Shown here one piece after another: positions 1-12,303 of a DNA stretch of 64,000 bases; the first letter of the stretch is position 1, and every line of letters starts with the position of its first letter. A program made the translations under genes and the position numbers. Under the pieces are notes generated by a model. The model saw only the letters and a list, made by a program, of their open reading frames with translations, was not told the DNA's origin and did no database searches. Source of the DNA: an uncultured Acidobacteriota bacterium (GTDB lineage: Bacteria > Acidobacteriota > Vicinamibacteria > Vicinamibacterales > CAVVIG01); assembly GCA_963749565.1 (NCBI GenBank), contig CAVVNL010000003.1, forward strand, positions 59,387 to 123,386, read 5' to 3'.

Positions 1-1384
<1,384 letters not shown>

Positions 1385-1452
1385 CTACCTGTTTCCTGAG
1401 AGCAGGCGCCGCGACATTCGGGCACCTGGCACCCTGGGAGTCTAAAACGCAA

Positions 1453-1467
1453 TCGTCATGATTATCA
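1453..1467 (-). promoter_or_regulatory. Possible Fur/PerR-like box upstream of katG
   Basis: Minus strand TGATAATCATGACGA partly matches the 7-1-7 Fur motif TGATAATnATTATCA, about 90 bp upstream of katG. Confidence 0.3.
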
Positions 1468-1606
1468 AACCTGGTCAAGAAAGTCCGGAAAGTCCTGCCG
1501 GCCGTCTCCCCTGCGACCGTGTATCGCAAGGATTGGGCTTGAGCGATCGTGAGCTTGCGTGTAACGTGTCGCTGTTTCGCAGCAGCGTTGGATGATGGAG
1601 GGGTTA

Positions 1607-2641
1607 GTGGCGCTACGCTCTTACGGTGTGTTGAAGGGGAAGGCAATCGAGGTCCGGTTGGGCGCCGGGCAGAGCCCTCACTACCAGGTGCGCATCGTTG
1701 ACGACACGACGGACTACCGGATTGCGGTCAACGTCAAGTCGCAGCTGCCCCCCTCCGATGTCGAATTCATCGTCATCGAGCACTTTCAGCATCCGATCAC
1801 GCCGATAGTCGAGCGGCTCCCGCAAGGCTTCACCGCGCTCGAGCGGAAGCCCGGCTCAGGAGCACTCGACTTCATCAGAGGCAATCTCTTCGACCGCGCG
1901 CAGATGCGGCCGCTGCCCTTCAGTGTCCCTGGCTTCGACAACGACCTCAACGAGAAGCTCGATCGGGTGATGCAGCGCGCGGTTGCCGACGAGGGCGCGC
2001 TGGTGTACGCCTTCGGTGAGCGCTGGGGACCGGAGCCGGGCAAGAAGGACAAGTACTTCGGTTTCCTGCCGGGCAACGGCATCCACGATATCCACATGAA
2101 CCAGGGCAATGCCGCCCAGTATGCCGCCGATGACGGAGTGTTTCAGGATGGCGGCGTCGTGGTGCACTTCCCGGACCAGCAGGAATGGACCGCCATCTTC
2201 CTGAAGTTCCAGTCGCAAAGCTGGCACACCGACGACAAGACCGGACACTCCGTTACCGGACCTGTCCCTCCCCCGGCCCCGGGTCCTCCGCAGCCCCCAG
2301 GTCCACCCACCTCCGACGATCCGGATGGTCTCGTCCGTATCGTGGCAGCACTTGTCAATCCGACACAGTCGCCGGAGATCGAGGTGGTCACGCTGCTGAA
2401 CACTGCCCCACACGACGTCGACCTGTCGGGATGGGCGCTGCTCGATACCCAGAAGAAGCGACTGCCCCTCTCGGAGGTGCTGAGCGCCGGCACCACTCGC
2501 GTCGTGCGCGTCAGCCAGCCGTTGGCCCTGTCGAACGAAGGCGGCGTCATCACGCTGGTGGATGAGAGAGGCCTCAAGGTGCATGGCGTGTCGTACACGA
2601 AGGAGCAGGCACGCCACCCGGGATGGACGATCGTGTTTTGA
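1607..2641 (+). CDS. YukJ (DUF2278) family protein with C-terminal lamin-tail domain
   Basis: YGVLKG, LDFIRGNLF, GIHDIHMNQGN and FQDGG motifs; Pro-rich linker; LTD-like VRIVAALVNP..EVVTLLN..VDLSGWAL..LSNEGGVITL. GTG at 1607 after GGAGG. Confidence 0.85.
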   Translation: MALRSYGVLKGKAIEVRLGAGQSPHYQVRIVDDTTDYRIAVNVKSQLPPSDVEFIVIEHFQHPITPIVERLPQGFTALERKPGSGALDFIRGNLFDRAQMRPLPFSVPGFDNDLNEKLDRVMQRAVADEGALVYAFGERWGPEPGKKDKYFGFLPGNGIHDIHMNQGNAAQYAADDGVFQDGGVVVHFPDQQEWTAIFLKFQSQSWHTDDKTGHSVTGPVPPPAPGPPQPPGPPTSDDPDGLVRIVAALVNPTQSPEIEVVTLLNTAPHDVDLSGWALLDTQKKRLPLSEVLSAGTTRVVRVSQPLALSNEGGVITLVDERGLKVHGVSYTKEQARHPGWTIVF

Positions 2642-2686
2642 ACCCGTAAATTTTCTGAGTGGGGGCGAGCGAATGCGCCCGAGGAG

Positions 2687-3526
2687 GTGTCGGCTATGAT
2701 GCGCTCGCTTTCGAACCGGCTGCTGAATCCGTCTCGCTCAAAGCAAGTGTTCATTCTGTCTGCAAGCATCGCCTATCTACTGCTGTTCGCGTCCCAGAGC
2801 TCCTCTAGCGCCCAAAGCCCCAGGGCCACCGGGCCCGTGGTGCGTATCGTTTACCTGGTCCCGGCAGACCGGGCGGTGAGCGACGCCTACGTAGAACGTC
2901 TGGAGGCGGCAATCCAGCATGTGCGGATCTGGACTCGGAACGAAATGGGTGATGGCACCACGTTCAGCACTAACAGGCGTGTTGTGGAAGTCGTTCACAC
3001 GTCCCAGGTGGCCGCATGGTACAGCACCAATCCGAGCGGTGATTACGCACTGTGGTTCTGGACCAACGTTCTGACGGAAGCGTTCGCACTCACTGGGGCG
3101 AAGTTCGCCGACCCAAACAACACCTGGGTCTTCTACATCGACAGCGACCCAGGTTGTGAACAGGCGGCCGGCGCAACGTTAGGAGTGGTTCTACTCGGTG
3201 CGAATGATTTGCGTGGACTCGCCGGAGAACCATACGTCCCTCCTTGCGCAGGCGCTCCGCCAGACACTGCGGGGGTGTGCCGGTGGGTTGGTGGGCTTGG
3301 GCACGAGTTGGGTCATGCGTTCGGCCTGCCGCATCCTCCGGAATGCGAGGACTCGGACCCTAATACGGTGTGTCCGCTCAACACGTTGATGTATCTGGGA
3401 TATATCACCTATCCGCAGACTTTCCTCCTGGAGACGGATAAGGAGACGCTTGCGCAGAGCGGATTCTTTTCGCCCGTTCGCTTACGCCAGTCGTTGCCGG
3501 AGTGCTCCGGGGAGCGGAGGCGCTAA
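2687..3526 (+). CDS. Secreted zinc metallopeptidase (metzincin)
   Basis: Hydrophobic N-terminus; HELGHAFGLPH fits HExxHxxGxxH; Met-turn-like TLMY downstream. Confidence 0.8.
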   Translation: MSAMMRSLSNRLLNPSRSKQVFILSASIAYLLLFASQSSSSAQSPRATGPVVRIVYLVPADRAVSDAYVERLEAAIQHVRIWTRNEMGDGTTFSTNRRVVEVVHTSQVAAWYSTNPSGDYALWFWTNVLTEAFALTGAKFADPNNTWVFYIDSDPGCEQAAGATLGVVLLGANDLRGLAGEPYVPPCAGAPPDTAGVCRWVGGLGHELGHAFGLPHPPECEDSDPNTVCPLNTLMYLGYITYPQTFLLETDKETLAQSGFFSPVRLRQSLPECSGERRR

Positions 3527-3592
3527 CCCCGCATCTGTATAGCGAGACGAGTCGGAACCACCTTCGCGATTCTCAGGGGATCGACCGGCCCG

Positions 3593-4012
3593 ATGCGCAC
3601 GCACGTTTTCCTCTCGTTCGCGAACGAAGACGTGGAGATCGTACGCCGGTTCGCGAATCGATTACGGGCCGCTGGTGTCGCCGTCTGGACAAGCGCCGAA
3701 CAGATGGTCCCAGGGACGCTGGATTGGGAGAAGGCGGTCAGGAACGCGCTTGACGCCAGCGTCGCGGTGGTGCTGATCGCTTCGCCCGCCGCCGCACGAT
3801 CGGTGTACGTGCGCGGTGAGGTCGGCATCGCCATCGCACGCGGATTGCCGCTGTTCTCCGCGTGGACCCACGGCGATGCGTGGGAAGACTGCGCACCGCT
3901 GATGTTGACATCGTCGCAATACGTGGACTGCCGCGGAGAGGAATTCGAACGGGGCACGTCCCGGCTGGCGGAGGTGCTTCGACCGCTCGCCGAACAAGCG
4001 GGTACTCAGTGA
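3593..4012 (+). CDS. TIR-domain protein (probably N-terminal part of a frameshifted gene ending at 4646)
   Basis: HVFLSFA..D, AGVAVW, PGTLDWEKAVRNAL and SVYVRGEV (catalytic-Glu position), then YVD.RG. Confidence 0.85.
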   Translation: MRTHVFLSFANEDVEIVRRFANRLRAAGVAVWTSAEQMVPGTLDWEKAVRNALDASVAVVLIASPAAARSVYVRGEVGIAIARGLPLFSAWTHGDAWEDCAPLMLTSSQYVDCRGEEFERGTSRLAEVLRPLAEQAGTQ

Positions 4013-4646
4013 TTTTGCGCACCCTCTGCTCGAACCGTTTCCACCGTCATGCGTCTCGGTCGCTCTGCCGCCCACCGCCACCGCGCATGACCCCGCCAAC
4101 AGGTCGGCGGCGATACTGAAAGTCGGCGCCTACGCCTCGCTCGAGGCGCTGCTCGACGCGCTCTTCGCGAATTACCTGAAAGAGCACTTCGAGCCGCTCA
4201 CCTACGGAAAGAGCTGGATGCTCGTGGAGGCACGAGAAGGTGGGTTCGGCTTCGTTGTGGCGCCCTGGTCCTGGCTGACTGGCGCAGCCATCGACCGGCG
4301 CTGGGTGCGCGGGCAGTCGCCTGCGGACTGCCATTTGCTCCCGGGTACCCGATGGGCGGTCACGACCACACCCGCAGACGTGTATGGACTGGCGCTGTCC
4401 GACCCTCGCGTCGTCGGCGCCTTACGGGCAACCGCCAAAAGCGATCTGGCGTGGCGGCGCGATGGCTACCTTGCATTTCGGCCCGGTTCGGAAGTGGATG
4501 CGACCGCGTTCTCCTGCACAGCCGTCTGCCGGGGACGCTCACCCTTCTGGCGCGACGATGAGATGGCGCGGCAGATGGCTCTGGTGCAGATCAAACCGGT
4601 GCCCGAGGACGAACTCCACTGGTACCTGGCTGATCCAGTGCCTTGA
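3999..4646 (+). CDS. Hypothetical domain, likely the C-terminal continuation of the TIR gene
   Basis: The frame of ORF 4218..4646 is open back to ~3999 with protein-like sequence (SLEALLDALFANYLKEHFEPLTYGKSWML); it is +1 relative to the TIR frame. Confidence 0.55.
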   Translation, partial: RVLSDFAHPLLEPFPPSCVSVALPPTATAHDPANRSAAILKVGAYASLEALLDALFANYLKEHFEPLTYGKSWMLVEAREGGFGFVVAPWSWLTGAAIDRRWVRGQSPADCHLLPGTRWAVTTTPADVYGLALSDPRVVGALRATAKSDLAWRRDGYLAFRPGSEVDATAFSCTAVCRGRSPFWRDDEMARQMALVQIKPVPEDELHWYLADPVP

Positions 4647-4692
4647 CGGGAACGATCACGATATTCTTTAGGCTCGAAAAAGGAGTCGTCAC

Positions 4693-5043
4693 ATGAGTTA
4701 CGTGGACGGATACGTGCTGGCAATCCCGAAGAAGCACCTCAAGGCCTACCGACGGATGGCGGCGTTGGGAAGGAAGGCGTGGATGAAGCACGGCGCTGTG
4801 GACTACAAGGAGTGCGCGGGCGACGACCTCGCCGCGAAATGGGGTACGCCGTTCACCCGCGTGATGAAGCTGAAGCCGGGCGAGACGGCGGTCTTCGCCT
4901 ACATCGTGTTCAAATCGCGCGCGCATCGCGACCGCGTCAATGCCAAAGTGATGAAGGAAATGGCTGCGATGGGCGCCCCGAAGGACATGCCCTTCGACAT
5001 GAAGCGCATGGCGTACGGAGGCTTCAAGACGATCGTCGAATGA
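4693..5043 (+). CDS. DUF1428 (YbaA-like) protein
   Basis: MSYVDGYVLAIP..YKECAGDDL..FKSRAHRDRVNAKVM..MPFDMKRMAYGGF; AAGGAG RBS. Confidence 0.93.
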   Translation: MSYVDGYVLAIPKKHLKAYRRMAALGRKAWMKHGAVDYKECAGDDLAAKWGTPFTRVMKLKPGETAVFAYIVFKSRAHRDRVNAKVMKEMAAMGAPKDMPFDMKRMAYGGFKTIVE

Positions 5044-5075
5044 ATACGCAGAATCCGCAAAGAGGGAATTTCAAG

Positions 5076-5420
5076 ATGGCCGTTCACTACCTGGAGATCG
5101 TCAGTAACGACGTAGACACCCTGACTGCGCTCTACCAGCGCATGCACGGTCTCTCGTTTGGTCCCCCAGACCCCGATCTCGGGCAGGCCCGTGTGGCGAC
5201 TCGAACCGACGGAACTCTGGTGGGCATCCGGAAGCCGTTGGCGGCGCATGAGCAGCCGATCGTGCGAACCTACCTCGCGGTCGAAGACATCCAACAAGCA
5301 GTGAAGAAGGCCGACGACTCCGGCGCGATCATTGCCTACCCCCCGACCCGACAGGGACAGCGGGGCACCTTTGCAATCGTGATCCAGGGCGACGTGCAAC
5401 ACGGACTATGGCAACGCTAG
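5076..5420 (+). CDS. VOC/glyoxalase-like protein
   Basis: VHYLEIVSNDVD...RTYLAVEDIQQAV...GTFAIV. Alternative start at 5040 overlaps the DUF1428 stop (ATGA). Confidence 0.8.
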   Translation: MAVHYLEIVSNDVDTLTALYQRMHGLSFGPPDPDLGQARVATRTDGTLVGIRKPLAAHEQPIVRTYLAVEDIQQAVKKADDSGAIIAYPPTRQGQRGTFAIVIQGDVQHGLWQR

Positions 5421-5438
5421 GTCGAGTGCGGAGACCGT

Positions 5439-7835
<2,397 letters not shown>

Positions 7836-8084
7836 GTCCCTCTACTGCCCTGTATACGATGGTTCACTACCGACGACGACGATCAACCGGGTCCCCAGCG
7901 CGGCAGCCGCGCTGGGGGCCCCGTCGCAGAGCTCGCTGAGCACGCAGAGACACGAACCCGTCCCGCTGGCATTACACACAAATCAGTACCACGAACGACA
8001 CAGCGCAAACCGAAAACACAGGGAAAACAACCTTGAATCCGTGACCTCCGTTTGTCTCCGCTACCTCCGTGGTGGAGCTTGTCT

Positions 8085-8125
8085 TCTCTGCGATCTCTGC
8101 GGTCTCCGCGTTATACGTTGTCCTT
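8085..8125. repeat. CTCTGCG 9-nt-period intergenic repeat, copy 1
   Basis: 33/41 identical (by eye) to 12251..12291. Confidence 0.7.
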
Positions 8126-8162
8126 GATACGGTACTGCTTCAGCAAGGACACGGCACTCGTC

Positions 8163-9128
8163 TCAGTGTCTCGCGAGCTGACCCGCCAGGAAGTCCACCA
8201 CACGTTCGAACGGATCGAAGCCGAACGCCTCGGCCACGGACGGCCGCAGGTTGGAGTTGGCGTTGATGTCGTAGAACACGCGTCGGCCGTCGACGGTCTC
8301 GAGATACTCGATGCCGCCGACGTCCAGTCTTGCCGCTCGTGCGATCCGCTGCGCCGTGTCGACGGCGTCCTGGGGAACCTCGCGGAACGGATAGAACTCG
8401 ACAGGCGGCGCCGATATCGGCGTCGGCTCACTCGGCAGCTCGCACGAGCCGGCGCCGTCGTCGGGGTTGCAGACCGGCGAGGGGCACAGGTTGAACCGCC
8501 CATGGGTGACGACGCGCATCGCGTACAGCAGCTCGTCGCCGAGAAACTCGAGGCGGGTGATGCCGCGCTCGGGATCGTGCGGGAGATACTCCTGAAGCAG
8601 GAACAGATTGTCGGGCAACCACATGCCAGGATCGCGTGAAAAGATCGCTTCGACGTGCGCCTGCGAATCGACCATCTGAATGCGCGCGCCGCTGCCTCCC
8701 TGGTCCGGCTTCAGCAGTGCGGGCCAGCGGATCTCCGCCGCGTAGGCGTGCAACGCACGCGGGTCGTTGAACGTGATCGAACGTGGGCAATCGATCCCGA
8801 GAGTGCGCAGGAGCGTCGCCTGCGCGCTCTTGCTCAATTCGAGTGCGAAGACATCTGCGCCGTTGAGGACGCGCGCGCCGCGCAGCTCGAGCGAGCGCAT
8901 GTACGCCAGCGCCAGCGGCACTGCGCGGGTGTTGCCGCGGAGATACGCACTCGGGCTCGCCTGGTTGAAGTAGACCGGTGCGCGCAGGGCCTCGACGTTG
9001 CTGAACGCAGCCTGGGTCAGGTCGAACGGCTCGAACGAGACGCCGCGCCGCGTGAGCGCCGCAAAGAGCGGCTTCTGCCACTCGGGGTGCTCGTGAAGGA
9101 CGATGAGATCTGGCGTGTTACTTGGCAC
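8163..9128 (-). CDS. ATP-grasp ligase (RimK/glutathione synthase-like)
   Basis: PALLKPDQGGSGA, LLQEYLP, GGIEYL and FYDINANSN. Confidence 0.88.
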   Translation of the reverse strand: MPSNTPDLIVLHEHPEWQKPLFAALTRRGVSFEPFDLTQAAFSNVEALRAPVYFNQASPSAYLRGNTRAVPLALAYMRSLELRGARVLNGADVFALELSKSAQATLLRTLGIDCPRSITFNDPRALHAYAAEIRWPALLKPDQGGSGARIQMVDSQAHVEAIFSRDPGMWLPDNLFLLQEYLPHDPERGITRLEFLGDELLYAMRVVTHGRFNLCPSPVCNPDDGAGSCELPSEPTPISAPPVEFYPFREVPQDAVDTAQRIARAARLDVGGIEYLETVDGRRVFYDINANSNLRPSVAEAFGFDPFERVVDFLAGQLARH

Positions 9129-9132
9129 TCGC

Positions 9133-10224
9133 TCACCGCGCCGCGGCCGCGGTCGTCCGCTGCGCCGGGAAGAGGAGCTTCTGCACGCGCCAGTTCGATG
9201 TCTCGGCCACGTAGACCTCGGTCTCGGAGCGGCAGGCGAGCTGGTGGGCGCCGGAGAACTGTCCCAGGTTCCGCCCTGAACGGCCGATCACACCCAGCAC
9301 CTTGCCCTCGAGCGTCACCTTGAACACCCGGCCCGGAAACGTGCTCTCGCCGACGAACAGCACCTGGTTGGGTCCGGGAGTGATGCAAATCGAGTTGGGC
9401 GCGCCGATGGTCTGCGCCAGGCGTTCGCCGGTCGGCGTGTTGCCGTTGACCGCCTTGGTTCCCGGAGCAGGAGGCACGTCGATGCTGAACAGCCGGAGAA
9501 ACTTGCCATCAGCGTCGAATACCTGGATGCGCCGATTCCCCCGATCGCCCACATAGATTTGGTTGTTGCGGTCGACCACGATCGCGTGCGGGGTGTTGAA
9601 TTGTCCAGGCCCGGTGCCGTGGGCGCCCCACGACTTCACCCAGTCGCCGTTCTTGTCGTACTTGGCCACCCTCGCGTTGATGTAGCCGTCGCTGATATAG
9701 ATGTTGCCGTCCGAGTCGAATGCCACGTCGGTCGGCTGGCGGAACAGGCCGTCCACGTGTGGCAGCGGAGGATCGACGTGCTCCCACGGTTCGGCTTCCT
9801 CCGCAGATTCTTTCCTGCGCCCGAACACCCAGACGACGCGGCCCGCCTGGTTGAACTTGATGATCATGTCGGAGCCCTTGTCGACCGCCCAGATGTTGTC
9901 GTCCCTGTCGATGCGCACCGTATGAGCGAACGACCAGCCGTACAGACCGGCGCCGATCTCTCGGATGAATTCGCCCTTGGGACCAAACTCGAGCAGTTGC
10001 GAGGCGGCAGGTCCAAACGCGGGACCATGCGCGCTATTCGAGCGCGTGAACACGAAGACGTGGCCCCTCGAGTCGACGGCCACGCCCGGAACCTCGCCAA
10101 AGTTCAAGCCGGCCGGGAGCTTCAGAAAGTCGGGCACCGATTCGAACGGCAGGTTCGGCACGGCTTCCTGGCCGAAGGCCGGCGCGACCATGAGCACGCA
10201 CAACACGAGGACACGCGCTTTCAT
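9133..10224 (-). CDS. Secreted NHL-repeat protein, peptidyl-alpha-hydroxyglycine alpha-amidating lyase (PAL)-like
   Basis: Signal peptide; FAHTVRID, FRQPTDVAFD, ISDGYINARVAK, GQFNTPHAI and DRGNRRIQVFD. Confidence 0.88.
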   Translation of the reverse strand: MKARVLVLCVLMVAPAFGQEAVPNLPFESVPDFLKLPAGLNFGEVPGVAVDSRGHVFVFTRSNSAHGPAFGPAASQLLEFGPKGEFIREIGAGLYGWSFAHTVRIDRDDNIWAVDKGSDMIIKFNQAGRVVWVFGRRKESAEEAEPWEHVDPPLPHVDGLFRQPTDVAFDSDGNIYISDGYINARVAKYDKNGDWVKSWGAHGTGPGQFNTPHAIVVDRNNQIYVGDRGNRRIQVFDADGKFLRLFSIDVPPAPGTKAVNGNTPTGERLAQTIGAPNSICITPGPNQVLFVGESTFPGRVFKVTLEGKVLGVIGRSGRNLGQFSGAHQLACRSETEVYVAETSNWRVQKLLFPAQRTTAAAAR

Positions 10225-10384
10225 AGAAGCCTCCTATCAGACGACCCGCTGGAGTCGCCATCCTAACCGAGTTCGCGGCTCACGCTTTAGGGATTGACAG
10301 CTGCTGACGAGCATTTCAACATGAGCGTGCTGCGAGTTCCGGAGCACGTGAGGTCATGGCTCGAAGCGAAGAGGAGAAACCTGT

Positions 10385-11626
10385 ATGGGTTCGCACCGCC
10401 ACTCCGATCGCCGGAAGTTCCTGACGGAAAGCGCCGCGTTGGCGGGCCTGGCTGTAGGGGCGCTCCAGACGGCCGATGTCGATGCCCAGACACCCATGTC
10501 TGCGGCACGTCTCAAGGAGACCCTGGCCTACGGACAACCCTCGCAGTTCGACAACACGGTGCGGAGGGCTACCAGTTCCGGCACGCCTATCACCGATAGT
10601 GCGCTGACGACACCGCTGCAGGATCTCGATGGGATCATCACGCCATCGGGCCTGCACTTCCTGATGGACCACGTCAACGGCATTCCGGATATCGATCCGC
10701 AGCAGCATCGCCTGCTGATGCACGGCATGGTCGATCGACCCCTCAGTTTCACGATGGACGAGTTGAGGCGCTTCCCCTCGGTCTCGAAAGTCTATTTCCT
10801 CGAATGCAACGCGAACAGCCGCCCGCTTCGTGGTCCGAACGGCGATTCGGTGCAGTTGGTGCACGGCCGAACCAGCTGCAGCGAATGGACCGGGGTGTTG
10901 CTCTCGGTCCTGCTCAAGGAGTGCGGCGTGAAGGCCGGCGCGAGCTGGGTGGTCGCCGAAGGATCGGAATCCAACAAGTACACCATGAGCATTCCGTTGG
11001 CCAAGTGCATGGATGACACGCTGGTGGCGTACGCCCAGAATGGCGAGCCGGTCCGCCCGCACAACGGGTATCCGCTGCGACTGGTCGTCCCGGGCTGGGA
11101 AGCGATTCGCGCCGTGAAGTGGTTGAGCCGCATCGCCGTCGTCGATCGGCCCGCCATGGCCTGGCACGAAGCCGGCAACAACGCCGACACCAACGCTGAG
11201 GGCAAGGCGCTCGGTTTCCGATTTGCGCTGGGCCCGAAATCGGTGATCACTCGCCCGTCCGGGGGCCAGCGCCTTCCCGGCCGCGGCTTCTACGAGATCA
11301 CGGGGCTGGCGTGGACCGGTGGAGGCTCCGTGCGGAGAGTCGACGTGTCGATCGACGGTGGCCGGACCTACAAGGAAGCGCAGCTTCAGCAGCCGGTGCT
11401 TCCGTACGCGCACACACGGTTTCGCTTCGCGTGGGAGTGGAACGGCGAAGAGGCCGTGCTGCAGTCGCGCTGCACCGATGAACGGGGCGAAGTGCAACCG
11501 ACCATCGCCGAGGCGGCGAAGATTCTCGGCGTGACGCCGGAGTATTTCCTGCAGGCCGATCACTTCAATGGCATTCAGCCCTGGAAGGTCAACCGGGACG
11601 GAGGCATCCAGAGTGCGATGTACTAG
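10385..11626 (+). CDS. soxC: SoxC-like molybdopterin oxidoreductase (sulfite oxidase family), Tat-exported
   Basis: DRRKFL Tat motif; TPLQDLDGIITPSGLHF, FLECNAN (Mo-ligand Cys), SCSEWTGV, YAQNGEP..GYPLRLVVPGW and PKSVIT. Confidence 0.88.
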   Translation: MGSHRHSDRRKFLTESAALAGLAVGALQTADVDAQTPMSAARLKETLAYGQPSQFDNTVRRATSSGTPITDSALTTPLQDLDGIITPSGLHFLMDHVNGIPDIDPQQHRLLMHGMVDRPLSFTMDELRRFPSVSKVYFLECNANSRPLRGPNGDSVQLVHGRTSCSEWTGVLLSVLLKECGVKAGASWVVAEGSESNKYTMSIPLAKCMDDTLVAYAQNGEPVRPHNGYPLRLVVPGWEAIRAVKWLSRIAVVDRPAMAWHEAGNNADTNAEGKALGFRFALGPKSVITRPSGGQRLPGRGFYEITGLAWTGGGSVRRVDVSIDGGRTYKEAQLQQPVLPYAHTRFRFAWEWNGEEAVLQSRCTDERGEVQPTIAEAAKILGVTPEYFLQADHFNGIQPWKVNRDGGIQSAMY

Positions 11627-12167
11627 GCTGCTGGCAGCGGCGATCGTGCTCTCTGCGTCTGCGACAGCACTCGCGCAGGGGCCGACCTATCGGCTGGGAA
11701 CAACCCCAAGCGAAGCGGAAATCAAGGCGCGCGACACCGCGGTCTCGCCTCTGGGGAAGGAATTGCCGACCGGTAGCGGCTCGGTGAGCGAGGGTTCAAC
11801 CGTGTATGCACGCGAATGCGTCGCGTGTCACGGACCGAATGGCACGGGAACGAAATTGCATCGCGGGCTCATACCGCTGGGCAATGCGAAGCCTGTGAAA
11901 ATCGAGGGGAGTCTGGTCCCGTTCGCGACGACGGTCTGGGACTTCATCAACCGGGCCATGCCGTGGACGAAACCGGGAACGCTCACGCCGGACGAGGTCT
12001 ATGCGGTGACCGCCTACGTGCTCTTTCTCAACGGCATCGTCAAGGAGACCGACGTCCTCGATGCGACGACGCTTCCCAAAATCCGGATGCCGAACCGCGA
12101 CAGATTCGTCACCGTCGAGATCGGCTTGAAACCCGGGGAGCGACGCCCGCTCGGACACTATCCCTGA
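11613..12167 (+). CDS. SoxD-like monoheme cytochrome c
   Basis: GTG at 11613 after GGAGG; signal peptide; CVACHG; ATTVWDFINRAMP..PGTLTPDEVYAVTAY..MPNRD.F. Confidence 0.88.
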   Translation: MRCTRLLAAAIVLSASATALAQGPTYRLGTTPSEAEIKARDTAVSPLGKELPTGSGSVSEGSTVYARECVACHGPNGTGTKLHRGLIPLGNAKPVKIEGSLVPFATTVWDFINRAMPWTKPGTLTPDEVYAVTAYVLFLNGIVKETDVLDATTLPKIRMPNRDRFVTVEIGLKPGERRPLGHYP

Positions 12168-12250
12168 TCGCAAGTGGATGAGGTCGGCGCTTGGCCGTAT
12201 CACGGCATCGTTGGTCGCTCAGGCGCTAATCGAAGACACTACTTTCTTCC

Positions 12251-12291
12251 TCTCAGCGGTCTCTGCGCGCTCTGCGGTGTACGTTGTACTT
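12251..12291. repeat. CTCTGCG 9-nt-period intergenic repeat, copy 2
   Basis: Same orientation as and similar to 8085..8125. Confidence 0.7.
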
Positions 12292-12303
12292 GTTAGTCCT
12301 CGC

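Noticed and set aside
1559-3530. TAAC...GTT sites suggesting integron attC cassettes around the YukJ and peptidase genes
   Set aside because: The first site is too short, the second lacks a matching GTTRRRY end, no L boxes are visible and there is no integrase.
10385-12167. Lithotrophic thiosulfate oxidation (Sox pathway)
   Set aside because: No soxXA, soxYZ or soxB in the window, and the active-site residues appear divergent.
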